64,000 bases of DNA, taken from the NCBI GenBank assembly GCA_965228775.1, contig OZ245840.1:2760434-2824433 (forward strand), written 5' to 3'. Each line of letters opens with the position of its first letter. The stretch's first letter is position 1. The translations under genes were made by a program, and so were the position numbers. The notes under the pieces were generated by a model that was not told the DNA's origin, searched no databases, and was given only the letters and a program-made list of their open reading frames with translations. Source of the stretch: Alphaproteobacteria bacterium. GTDB taxonomy: Bacteria; Pseudomonadota; Alphaproteobacteria; JANQMY01. Positions 55,074-64,000 of the stretch are shown piece after piece.

Positions 55074-56941
55074 ACGTTTTATCCATCAACGGGTTGAGTA
55101 TTGCGTTTCATTTGCCTACCGGCAGAACCCAGGCCGTGTCGAACGTGTCCTTCGATGTGCCCGCCGGGCAAACAACAGCTCTGGTAGGAGAATCGGGCTC
55201 CGGCAAATCCACCATCGGCAATGCCGTGATGGGATTATTGCCCAACAATGCAGACATTGATCGGGGCGAGATTCTGCTTCGCAAATCCGGTGCCCACGGG
55301 GCGCGGACGGACCTTGCCAAGCTGCCAAGAACCGGCGGTGAATTCAGGTCGCTGCGCGGCCAGCGGATCTCCATGATTTTCCAGGAGCCCATGTCGGCCC
55401 TGTCGCCTGTGCACACGATTGGCGACCAAATCAGTGAAGTAGTCTATCTGCATGAGGATGTGTCACGGGACGGCGCACTGAAAAAAGCGTGCCACATGCT
55501 TGATCGGGTAGGTTTTCCTGACGCTAAATCCGCGTGCCGCTTATACCCGTTTGAGCTTTCCGGCGGTTTGCGCCAGCGGGCGATGATTGCCATGGCCATG
55601 GTCTGCCAGCCGGATCTGTTGATTGCGGATGAGCCCACCACGGCTCTGGACGTGACGGTACAAGCGCAAATCCTGCACACGCTGGCTGAACTGAAATCGG
55701 AACTGGGCATGGGTGTCCTGCTGATCACCCATGATTTGGGCGTCGTCAGTCAGATCGCGGACAGGGTTGTCGTGCTGCATCGGGGCGAAGTGATGGAAGC
55801 CGGAGACTGCGCCGCAATCTTGAAGGCACCAGGCCACCCCTATCTCAAAGGGCTTTTGGAAGCGGTTCCATCAGTGGGCCGAAAACCATCGGAACGCCTT
55901 GAGCCCTTGGCCAAGACATCCAAAACAGTAACAGGACGTTTTTTTGACACCGCGGGCCGGTCGTCCGGCGGACGGGACAAGAAAACACCGCTCATCCACA
56001 TCCGCAATGCCAGCAAAACCTATCACGCCCGCAGCGACGGCATGTTTGAAAGCACGGAAGAAAATCGAACCCTTGCCCTCGACCGTGTTTCTCTCGTCCT
56101 CAATCAGGGCGAATGCCTTGGCTTGGTGGGTGAATCCGGAAGTGGGAAAACCACCTTGTGCCGGGCACTGATGAGGGCCATTGCTTTGGACTCCGGCGAA
56201 ATAGGCTATTACCGGGACGGCACGCCGCAATCCGTATTGGGACTGGAAAGCGCGGATCTGAAGGCCTATCGCCGCCGCGTCCAGTACGTCTTTCAGGATC
56301 CGTTTTCATCCCTCAATCCGCGCATGAATGTGTGCGACATCATCCGCGAGCCCCTCGACATCCACAAGCTCTGCCCCAAGAAGGAGCAGATCGAGCGGGT
56401 GGCCGAATTGCTGAGCCTGGTCGGACTAAATCCGAATTGTATGAACCGCTATCCCCATGCTTTTTCCGGCGGGCAACGCCAGCGCATCGGCATTGCGCGG
56501 GCCTTGGCGCTACAGCCGGAAATCCTGATCTTGGACGAGCCGGTCTCGTCCCTGGACGTGTCAGTGCAAGCCCAAGTACTGAACCTCATGAAAGATCTGA
56601 AAGAACAACTGGGCCTGACCTACTTGTTCATCAGCCACAATTTAGGCGTGGTCCAATACATGGCGGATCGCGTTGCGGTAATGGTGGCGGGGCGCATCGC
56701 CGAAATCGCCACCGTTGAGACACTTTTTGATGATCCGCGGCACCCTTATTCGCGCGCCCTTCTGAACGCCGTGCCCAGCGTGGACCCGGATCAGAAATCA
56801 GATTTTGCGGCCCTTGCGGCGAACCCAAACAATGCGCCCGATTTGTGGCCCGCGCCCTTTACCGGGTTTGGCGGTGATCGCGGAGACCTGATCGAAACCA
56901 CGGCAAACCATTTCGTTGCCATGGCCAAGGGGCACGCATGA
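55070..56941 (+). CDS. yejF: ABC transporter ATP-binding protein with duplicated ATPase domains (YejF-like, peptide/microcin-type importer)
   Basis: Two complete NBDs (GESGSGKST with LSGGLRQR and DEPTTALD; GESGSGKTT with FSGGQRQR and DEPVSSLD). Confidence 0.75.
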   Translation: MNVLSINGLSIAFHLPTGRTQAVSNVSFDVPAGQTTALVGESGSGKSTIGNAVMGLLPNNADIDRGEILLRKSGAHGARTDLAKLPRTGGEFRSLRGQRISMIFQEPMSALSPVHTIGDQISEVVYLHEDVSRDGALKKACHMLDRVGFPDAKSACRLYPFELSGGLRQRAMIAMAMVCQPDLLIADEPTTALDVTVQAQILHTLAELKSELGMGVLLITHDLGVVSQIADRVVVLHRGEVMEAGDCAAILKAPGHPYLKGLLEAVPSVGRKPSERLEPLAKTSKTVTGRFFDTAGRSSGGRDKKTPLIHIRNASKTYHARSDGMFESTEENRTLALDRVSLVLNQGECLGLVGESGSGKTTLCRALMRAIALDSGEIGYYRDGTPQSVLGLESADLKAYRRRVQYVFQDPFSSLNPRMNVCDIIREPLDIHKLCPKKEQIERVAELLSLVGLNPNCMNRYPHAFSGGQRQRIGIARALALQPEILILDEPVSSLDVSVQAQVLNLMKDLKEQLGLTYLFISHNLGVVQYMADRVAVMVAGRIAEIATVETLFDDPRHPYSRALLNAVPSVDPDQKSDFAALAANPNNAPDLWPAPFTGFGGDRGDLIETTANHFVAMAKGHA

Positions 56942-58896
56942 CGGACATCTCTTTCATGCTCCGTATACTGCTTATCGCAGCGTTCTTAGGCGTAAATGGG
57001 CCTTCAGCAGCCTTGGCTTACCTATTATCAGAAACGCCGGGTTTGGAAGATCAAGTGAAAGCGGGCACGCTTCCCCCCGTTGAAGAACGCATCCCCGAAA
57101 CACCGCTTGTGGTGGATCTGGAAGGGCCCGGCAAAAGCTTTGGCCGCCATGGCGGATCGCTGCGAACGATTGTCGCCCGTGCCAAGGATATCCGGTACAT
57201 GGTCGTCTACGGATATGCGCGGCTGGTGGGCTATAACGAAAAATTCGAGTTGGTGCCGGACATTCTGCGGGCTGTTGACGTAGACGAAGACGGCGCGGTC
57301 TATACCTTCCATCTGCGGCCGGGTCATCGCTGGTCCGATGGACACCCGTTCACATCGGAAGACTTCCGTTACTTCTGGGAGGACGTGGCGAACAATCAGG
57401 CCCTAACGCCGGCCGGGCCGCCGGTTGCCTTGCTGGTGGACGGACAAAAGCCCATCGTCGAAATCATCGACACCTACACAGTTCAGTACCGCTGGCACAA
57501 ACCCAATCCACGGTTTTTGGGCCTGCTTGCCCAACCAAGACCGCCCTTCATCTATCGTCCGGCCCATTATCTCAAACAGTTTCATGAGAAGTATGGCGAT
57601 CCGGACAAGATCGCGGCCTGGATGGCGGAAGAAAATGTGCGCGACTGGGCGCCGCTGCATAACCGCAAAGACAATATGTACAACAATGATGTGGTCGATC
57701 TGCCCACCTTGCAGCCCTGGATGAACAAGACCGAACCACCGGCCACCCGCTTCGTGATGCCGCGCAATCCCTATTTTCACCGCATCGACAGTTTGGGACG
57801 GCAGCTGCCTTATCTGGATGAATTGGTGGTGTCCATCGCCGAGAACAGCCTGATACCGGCCAAGTCCATCAGCGGCGAAACGGACCTGCAGGCGCGCGGA
57901 CTTTCCTTTTCCGATATTACCTCTCTCAAAACCGGCGAGGAGCGCAACAACTATAAGACCCGCCTATGGCCCATCGGCACCGGATCCAACTTCGCGCTTT
58001 ATCCAAACCTGAATACGAATGACCCGGTTTGGCGGGCGGTGTTTCGCGACGTGCGTGTACGACGTGCCTTGTCCATGGCCGTGAATCGGGATGACATCAA
58101 CAAAACCTTCTTTTTCGGATTGGCCCGCACCGGCAACAACACCGTGCTGCCGTCCTCTCCTCTGTACAAAGAGGATTTTCAAACGCGCTGGGCGGACTAT
58201 GAACCGGACCAGGCGAACGCCTTGCTTGACGAAGCAGGCCTTGCAGAACGTGACGAGAAAGGCACGCGCTTGCTGCCCGATGGCAGACCCATGGAAATCA
58301 TTTTGGAAACCGCCGGTGAATCCGCTCAAGACACGGACGTGCTGCAATTGGTCGAAGAAGCATGGGGGAAGATTGGTGTGAGGGTCTTCGTCAAACCCTC
58401 AACCCGTCAGATCCTTCGCAATCGCGCGTATAGCGGTGCCGCCCTTATGACTCTGTGGTCCGGGTGGAACAACGCCATCGCAACCCCCGACATGGACCCG
58501 ATTGAGCTGGTGCCCGTTGCCCAGGAAAACCTCGCCTGGCCCAAATGGGGGCAATACCACCAAACCAAAGGCGCCAGTGGCGAAGCGCCCGACACACCCG
58601 AGGCCAAGGAACTTTTGGCGCTCTATAAACAATGGGAAAACGCAACCAGCGAGGCCGAACGCACACGTATCTGGGACCGTCTTTTGGAGATCCATGCGGA
58701 TCAGCAGTTTGTGATTGGCTTAATCTCCGCTGTTGCGCAGCCCGTGGTGGTGTCGGACCGGCTACGAAACGTACCGCCGACGGGTCTTTATAGCTGGAGC
58801 CCTGGTGCTCATTTCGGGCTCTACCGGCCCGACCAGTTCTGGTTCGCACAGGAAGCGCTTGGCGCCACCGCCGAGCCAGCCAAGGGCGGTCAGTAA
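56938..58896 (+). CDS. yejA: ABC transporter substrate-binding protein, family 5 (YejA-like)
   Basis: Signal peptide; 652-aa SBP_bac_5 architecture. Confidence 0.75.
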   Translation: MTDISFMLRILLIAAFLGVNGPSAALAYLLSETPGLEDQVKAGTLPPVEERIPETPLVVDLEGPGKSFGRHGGSLRTIVARAKDIRYMVVYGYARLVGYNEKFELVPDILRAVDVDEDGAVYTFHLRPGHRWSDGHPFTSEDFRYFWEDVANNQALTPAGPPVALLVDGQKPIVEIIDTYTVQYRWHKPNPRFLGLLAQPRPPFIYRPAHYLKQFHEKYGDPDKIAAWMAEENVRDWAPLHNRKDNMYNNDVVDLPTLQPWMNKTEPPATRFVMPRNPYFHRIDSLGRQLPYLDELVVSIAENSLIPAKSISGETDLQARGLSFSDITSLKTGEERNNYKTRLWPIGTGSNFALYPNLNTNDPVWRAVFRDVRVRRALSMAVNRDDINKTFFFGLARTGNNTVLPSSPLYKEDFQTRWADYEPDQANALLDEAGLAERDEKGTRLLPDGRPMEIILETAGESAQDTDVLQLVEEAWGKIGVRVFVKPSTRQILRNRAYSGAALMTLWSGWNNAIATPDMDPIELVPVAQENLAWPKWGQYHQTKGASGEAPDTPEAKELLALYKQWENATSEAERTRIWDRLLEIHADQQFVIGLISAVAQPVVVSDRLRNVPPTGLYSWSPGAHFGLYRPDQFWFAQEALGATAEPAKGGQ

Positions 58897-58902
58897 CACA
58901 CG

Positions 58903-59928
58903 ATGCTTCGCTACCTCATCGAACGGCTGATGATCATGGTCCCAACCTTGTTGGCGATCAGCATGATGATTTTCATTATCATCCAACTGCCGCCGGGCAA
59001 CTACGTCACCAATCAAATCGATGAGCTGCGCGCGCAGGGCGAAGTGGCCAGCGCCGAGAAGATCGAATATCTGGTCACACAGTATGATCTGGATAAGACC
59101 ATTCTAGAACAATATGCCATTTGGATCGGCGCATGGCCGGGACACAATGGATATAGCGGCCTGCTTCAGGGGAATTGGGGATGGTCCTTCGAATTCAACA
59201 GGCCGGTTGCAGAGGTGGTTGGCGAAGGTTTCGTGCTCACCATTCTGCTCAATCTGGCCACCGTCATCTTCATTTATGCCGTGTCATTTCCCATCGGCGT
59301 TTATTCGGCCACACGGCAATATAGCTGGGGCGATTACGGGTTCACTTTTTTGGGCTATCTAGGCCTTGCGACGCCGAACTTTCTGCTGGGGCTCATCCTT
59401 CTCTATTATTTCAATGTCTTTTTCGGGATTTCCATCGGCGGCTTGATGGACCCTCAATATATCGACGCTCCTTGGTCGCTCGCCAAGGTACAGTCGATCC
59501 TGTCCCATTTGATCGTGCCCGTGATCGTCATCGGCACCAGCGGCACAGCCGCCATGATCCGCCGCCTGCGGGCGAACCTGCTGGACGAGTTGCAAAAACA
59601 ATACGTCACCACGGCGCGCGCCAAGGGGCTTAGCGAAACGCGGCTGCTCATCAAATATCCGCTGCGCATGGCGCTCAACCCGTTCATTGCGGATATCGGC
59701 AATCTTCTGCCGTCTCTTGTGTCGGGTTCCGTCATCGTGTCCGTGGTTCTGAACCTGCCGACGATCGGCCCAACCCTGCTCAACGCGCTTCAATCTCAGG
59801 ACCATTTTCTGGCTGGCTTTATTCTTTTGTTCGTGGCGCTGCTTACTGTGATCGGGATGTTGATTTCCGATCTTCTGCTTGCGGTTCTCGACCCCCGCAT
59901 CCGTCTTGGCGAGGAGGGGCGGCCATGA
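58903..59928 (+). CDS. yejB: ABC transporter permease (YejB-like, BPD_transp_1)
   Basis: Six TM segments; EAA-like loop ARAKGLSETRLLIKYPLRMALNP. Confidence 0.75.
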   Translation: MLRYLIERLMIMVPTLLAISMMIFIIIQLPPGNYVTNQIDELRAQGEVASAEKIEYLVTQYDLDKTILEQYAIWIGAWPGHNGYSGLLQGNWGWSFEFNRPVAEVVGEGFVLTILLNLATVIFIYAVSFPIGVYSATRQYSWGDYGFTFLGYLGLATPNFLLGLILLYYFNVFFGISIGGLMDPQYIDAPWSLAKVQSILSHLIVPVIVIGTSGTAAMIRRLRANLLDELQKQYVTTARAKGLSETRLLIKYPLRMALNPFIADIGNLLPSLVSGSVIVSVVLNLPTIGPTLLNALQSQDHFLAGFILLFVALLTVIGMLISDLLLAVLDPRIRLGEEGRP

Positions 59929-61076
59929 CCACGGACCGGCATTACGTCAACCCCAAACCATTTGATCCGCAGGCGGATGAGGTCGGCACGGATGCTAGAG
60001 AGACATTCTATTTTGCTTCTCAATGGCAGCTTATTTGGTGGAAGCTCAAACGGCACCGCCTGGCCATGGTGTCGGGCATTTTTCTGCTGGTTCTCTATGC
60101 CACCATTCCTTTCACCGAAACCATCGCGCCTTACAACCCTGCCTCCCGTGACGCCAATCATCTTTATGCGCCGCCCCAGTCATTACACTTGTTTCACGAA
60201 GGACAATTCGTAGGTCCCTTCGTTTATGGCTATCGGTTCTCGCTTGATCTCAATTCCTTTAAACGCACCTATGAGATTGACACCAGCAAGGTCCATCCGT
60301 TGCGGTTCTTTTGCTTGGGCGATGCTTACGATTTTTGGGGGCTGTGGCCGTCACGGTTCCATTTCGTTTGTCCGGCCAAGGACGGCACGCTCTTCCTGAT
60401 GGGAACGGACAGGCTGGGGCGCGATATGTTTTCGCGCATCATCTACGGGACACGCATCTCGCTGACGGTGGGTCTGATCGGCATCACGATCAGTTTCGTT
60501 TTGGGCATCTTCTTCGGCGCTTTGTCCGGCTATTACGGCGGATGGGTCGACAATGTCATCCAGAGGCTGATCGAACTGCTGCGCTCCCTGCCCGAACTGC
60601 CATTATGGATGGCCCTATCGGCGGCCCTGCCGGTGACATGGTCGCCCATCTACATCTATTTGGGCATCACGGTCATTCTTGGCTTGTTGGATTGGCCGAG
60701 TTTGGCCCGTGCGGTGAGATCAAAATTCTTGAGCGTGCGCGAGGAAGATTTCGCCACCGCCGCCGTCATGATGGGCGCGTCGCCAGGCCGGGTCATGCGG
60801 CGCCATTTGCTGCCCAGTTTTTCAAGCCATTTGATCGCTTCGGCCAGCCTGTCCATTCCCACCATGATCCTGGGGGAGACAGCGCTTTCCTATCTTGGCC
60901 TTGGGCTTCGGCCACCCGTGATCAGCTGGGGCGTCCTGCTGAACGAAGCCCAGAATCTCGCCGCTATCCAGTTCTACCCCTGGACAATGGCCCCGATGGT
61001 GCCGGTTATCTTGGTGATTCTGGCGTTTAATTTCCTTGGGGACGGGCTGAGAGACGCCGCAGATCCCTATACGTAA
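59925..61076 (+). CDS. yejE: ABC transporter permease (YejE-like)
   Basis: TM pattern with EAA loop AAVMMGASPGRVMRRHLLPS. Confidence 0.75.
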   Translation: MTTDRHYVNPKPFDPQADEVGTDARETFYFASQWQLIWWKLKRHRLAMVSGIFLLVLYATIPFTETIAPYNPASRDANHLYAPPQSLHLFHEGQFVGPFVYGYRFSLDLNSFKRTYEIDTSKVHPLRFFCLGDAYDFWGLWPSRFHFVCPAKDGTLFLMGTDRLGRDMFSRIIYGTRISLTVGLIGITISFVLGIFFGALSGYYGGWVDNVIQRLIELLRSLPELPLWMALSAALPVTWSPIYIYLGITVILGLLDWPSLARAVRSKFLSVREEDFATAAVMMGASPGRVMRRHLLPSFSSHLIASASLSIPTMILGETALSYLGLGLRPPVISWGVLLNEAQNLAAIQFYPWTMAPMVPVILVILAFNFLGDGLRDAADPYT

Positions 61077-61193
61077 CCGGGCCGTTACACTCTTTACACA
61101 CTGGTTACAGTCTTTCCCGTGCAAACGCGCCAGTTGAACCCTATATTTTTCAGAGGCTTACTGAAAATATAGAGCGCGCAAGCGAGCAGCCCT

Positions 61194-62414
61194 ATGAACG
61201 ATCCGAAGCACCCGACCCAAGCTGATATCGCAAAAGCCGTGGGGCTGGGCGAGATGGAAGAGAGCAAGGCCGCGCCATCCTACGCCGTGTGGGGCGGTGG
61301 GGCGGTTGTTCTGCTGGTGGCGGTCGTTTGGTTTTTCTTCAGCGGCGGACCGGCCACAGAATATCGGCAAGGGGTCGTCACCCGCGCGGACATGACCATC
61401 ACCGTCACGGCGACAGGAACCCTCAAGCCGGTCAACCAAGTAGATGTGGGTGCTGAAATATCAGGCCTCATATCCGAAGTGCTCGTGACCTTTAACGACC
61501 CGGTGAAAGCAGGCGACCCAATCGCAAGATTGGACACGGACCAATTGGAGGCGAGCGTGGTGCGCGGGGAAGCGTCCCTGGTGAGTGCGCGGGCGGGCCT
61601 TGCCGAGGCGGAAGCCACCGCCAAGGAATCCAAAACCAGGCGCGACCGCGTGGCCAACCTGGCATCGAGACGAACCCTGTCACAGCAAGAGCTGGAAATC
61701 GCGGAAGCCACCTATTCACGTTCGGTTGCTGCGGTTTCAAACGCAGAAGCCCAAGTCACCTTGGCGGAAGCTGCCCTAAAGATCGACCGATCAAATCTGG
61801 AGAAGGCCGCCATCCGTTCGCCTATCGATGGGATCGTCCTTGATCGGAAGATCGAACCGGGCCAGACGGTCGCGGCATCGTTCCAGACACCTGTCTTATT
61901 CACGCTGGCCGAAGATCTGCGCCGCATGCAGTTGCTAGTGGATGTGGACGAGGCCGATGTAGGGCAGGTTCGCGCCGGACAAAGTGCTGAATTTTCAGTG
62001 GACGCGTTTCCCAACCGGACATTCACCGCTGTTCTGAAATCGGTGCGCAACGCGCCAAAGACCGTGGACGGCGTGGTGACCTACGAAGCGGTATTGGACG
62101 TGGACAATGACGATCTGGCGTTACGGCCCGGAATGACCGCCACGTCGGAAATTACCGTAGAACAGATTTCCAATGCCCTCTCCGTGCCGAACGGAGCCCT
62201 TCGTTTTGCCCCGCCCGACCTTGATCTGGAAGAAACGCCGGTTCCGGAAACCTCTGATCAAGAAGGTCTCGTTTGGATCATGGATGGCGGCAAACCAAAA
62301 CCTGTTCTGGTGTCGGCCGGGGCCAGCGATGGACGGCGCACAGCGGTGGAAACCACGTCCTTGAGCGAAGGCGACGAAGTCCTGCTGGACGTGATCACGC
62401 CCACAAGGCGGTAG
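61194..62414 (+). CDS. macA: Efflux periplasmic adaptor subunit (HlyD/MacA-like)
   Basis: N-terminal TM anchor, lipoyl / coiled-coil hairpin / beta-barrel adaptor layout (GTLKPVNQVDVGAEISG...IARLDTDQLEA...). Confidence 0.7.
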   Translation: MNDPKHPTQADIAKAVGLGEMEESKAAPSYAVWGGGAVVLLVAVVWFFFSGGPATEYRQGVVTRADMTITVTATGTLKPVNQVDVGAEISGLISEVLVTFNDPVKAGDPIARLDTDQLEASVVRGEASLVSARAGLAEAEATAKESKTRRDRVANLASRRTLSQQELEIAEATYSRSVAAVSNAEAQVTLAEAALKIDRSNLEKAAIRSPIDGIVLDRKIEPGQTVAASFQTPVLFTLAEDLRRMQLLVDVDEADVGQVRAGQSAEFSVDAFPNRTFTAVLKSVRNAPKTVDGVVTYEAVLDVDNDDLALRPGMTATSEITVEQISNALSVPNGALRFAPPDLDLEETPVPETSDQEGLVWIMDGGKPKPVLVSAGASDGRRTAVETTSLSEGDEVLLDVITPTRR

Positions 62415-62419
62415 ATCCT

Positions 62420-63118
62420 GTGCTCATTTCTCTTCGCGACATTACCAAAACTTACGGACAAGGTGATGCTGCTGTCATTGCACTGAACCGTATTCGAATG
62501 GACATCGCCGAAGGGGAGTTCGTTGCGGTTATGGGCCCGTCGGGTTCCGGCAAATCCACCTGTATGAACATCCTGGGATGCCTCGATACGCCCACCAGCG
62601 GGTCTTATGAGTTCCAAGGCGTTGAGGTAACACAGCTCAATCAAAATCAACGGGCCTTGTTACGGCGGAATTTTCTTGGCTTCGTTTTTCAAGGCTACAA
62701 TCTTCTCAAGCGCACCACCGCGCGGGAGAACCTGGAACTGCCCCTGGTCTATCGTGGGATAGCAGCCAAAGAACGGCACGAACGTGCCGACGAAGCCTTG
62801 GAGCTTGTAGGACTGGAGGATCGCGGCAACCACACATCAGCCGAGCTGTCTGGCGGACAGCAACAAAGGGTCGCGATCGCGCGGGCCATCATCACCAACC
62901 CATTGCTGCTGTTAGCCGACGAGCCGACCGGCAACCTGGATACGCAGCGCAGCATGGAAATTATGGAGCTGTTGGCCGACCTCAACGCCAAGTCCGGCAT
63001 AACCATCGTGATGGTCACCCACGAACCCGACATGGCCACATTTGCCAAGCGCACCGTGACGTTCAGAGATGGCCGTATCGCCCAGGATACAAACGCAACG
63101 GAAACGGTGCTCTCATGA
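62420..63118 (+). CDS. macB: MacB-type ABC ATP-binding protein (separate NBD), GTG start
   Basis: GPSGSGKST, LSGGQQQRVAIARA, LLLADEPTGNLD. The GTG at 62420 lies 6 nt after the macA stop; the longer track frame overlaps macA. Confidence 0.75.
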   Translation: MLISLRDITKTYGQGDAAVIALNRIRMDIAEGEFVAVMGPSGSGKSTCMNILGCLDTPTSGSYEFQGVEVTQLNQNQRALLRRNFLGFVFQGYNLLKRTTARENLELPLVYRGIAAKERHERADEALELVGLEDRGNHTSAELSGGQQQRVAIARAIITNPLLLLADEPTGNLDTQRSMEIMELLADLNAKSGITIVMVTHEPDMATFAKRTVTFRDGRIAQDTNATETVLS

Positions 63119-64000
63119 TTTGGAACACGGTTCTGCTTGCGCTTCGCGAGATCCGTTTCAACCTGATGCGGTCCACCCTAACCGCATTGGGAATCATCAT
63201 CGGGGTTGCGGCCGTGATCATCATTGTCACATTGGGAGACGGCGCGACGACGCGGGTGACGTCCGATATTTCCAGCCTGGGCAGAAATCTGCTGATCGTC
63301 GTGCCCGGCAAGCGCGGCCCCAGCGGGCGCGAACAAGGCCGTCCCTTCGATCTGCCCGATGCTAACGCCATCCTGGAAGAAGTGGATGGGGTCGCCGGCG
63401 TGGCGCCTTCCGCAACCAAAGCCATCACAGCGATCTATGGCAATGAGAGCTGGTCCACCGCCATCCATGGGACGAACAATGGCTATATGGGGGTGCGCGA
63501 ATGGGCACTATCGGACGGGCGGCCCTTTACGCGCGGCGAGGAACGGTCCGGCCGCGCGGTTTGTGTTATCGGTCAAACCATTCGCCGCGAACTGTTCGGT
63601 GCGCAGAACCCCATTGGCGCCTCAATCCGTGTTGCCAACATGCCTTGCGAAGTCATTGGCCTGCTTTCCCCCAAAGGCAGCTCCACCTTCGGCACGGATC
63701 AGGATGATCTTATCGTAACGCCATTACGCACCTTCCAACGGCGGATCTCGGGCAATCGCGATATTGATATGATCTTTGTTTCGGCGGCGGAGGCCGAACA
63801 AACCACGAAGGTCAAAAACGACATTGAAACGCTGTTCCGGCAACGGCGCAATTTGCGCGATGGCGATCAGGACGATTTCGAAGTCAACGATCTTCAGGAG
63901 ATTTCCGCTGTTGTGGAAAGCACCACCGGTGTGCTGACAGCCCTGTTGGGCGCGGTTGCGGCGGTAAGCTTGATCGTCGGAGGCATTGGCATCATGAACA
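63115..64000 (+). CDS. MacB/FtsX-type ABC permease, 5' part (continues beyond the window end)
   Basis: ATGA overlap with the upstream NBD gene. N-terminal TM helix then a large periplasmic domain (MIWNTVLLALREIRFNLMRSTLTALGIIIGVAAVI...). Confidence 0.7.
   Translation, partial: MIWNTVLLALREIRFNLMRSTLTALGIIIGVAAVIIIVTLGDGATTRVTSDISSLGRNLLIVVPGKRGPSGREQGRPFDLPDANAILEEVDGVAGVAPSATKAITAIYGNESWSTAIHGTNNGYMGVREWALSDGRPFTRGEERSGRAVCVIGQTIRRELFGAQNPIGASIRVANMPCEVIGLLSPKGSSTFGTDQDDLIVTPLRTFQRRISGNRDIDMIFVSAAEAEQTTKVKNDIETLFRQRRNLRDGDQDDFEVNDLQEISAVVESTTGVLTALLGAVAAVSLIVGGIGIMN

Overview
This 64-kb window is high-GC (about 60-63%) and looks like alphaproteobacterial chromosome: conserved core genes interleaved with several lower-GC accessory patches. 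There is no CRISPR array, no rRNA and no recognisable integrase or transposase. All calls are by eye from the sequence and the six-frame track; no searches were run.

Core content, in order:
- isocitrate dehydrogenase, a PspA/IM30-family gene, SnoaL-like and luciferase-like (LLM) oxidoreductases;
- a TetR-controlled oxygenase cluster: cytochrome P450, a Rieske oxygenase alpha subunit, a SAM methyltransferase and a divergently placed Baeyer-Villiger monooxygenase, plus deazaflavin/LLM-type reductases;
- yajQ;
- tRNA-Gly(GCC);
- a conserved ybbN / Lon-N-domain / trm112 / DUF971 cluster;
- a UbiH-family hydroxylase, glnK-amtB, dapC-like, ftsK-lolA, xth and S-formylglutathione hydrolase;
- a polysaccharide-type locus with four glycosyltransferases, a histidine phosphatase and a 961-aa ABC-like protein with degenerate ATPase motifs, next to a cNMP-binding protein;
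- a YejABEF-type peptide ABC importer and a MacAB-type efflux system that runs off the window end.

Accessory and unusual content:
1. A lower-GC single gene (5492-6781) encodes a HigA-type XRE helix-turn-helix (HTH) fused to a dCTP-deaminase/dUTPase-fold domain and an unknown C-terminal domain. It has its own sigma70-like promoter, a TTACGTAA-type palindromic operator and a clean intrinsic terminator. This is the strongest candidate here for an undescribed regulatory or defence module.
2. A complete Type I restriction-modification operon in the unusual order hsdR-hsdS-hsdM sits directly after a GC-rich CesT/YbjN-like chaperone gene paired with a low-GC effector-like gene.
3. An integration hotspot lies beside tRNA-Gly. 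The tRNA 3' end is duplicated 110 bp away, like an att-site scar. About 4.8 kb is bracketed by a full gene and an 80%-identical truncated copy of that gene's 5' end. The bracketed segment carries a 921-aa acidic repeat protein and an SDR oxidoreductase.
4. Three copies of a roughly 70-bp palindromic REP-like element and one MITE-like hairpin element are present.
5. A promoter-to-terminator unit of about 150 nt with no credible ORF follows lolA and is a candidate sRNA.
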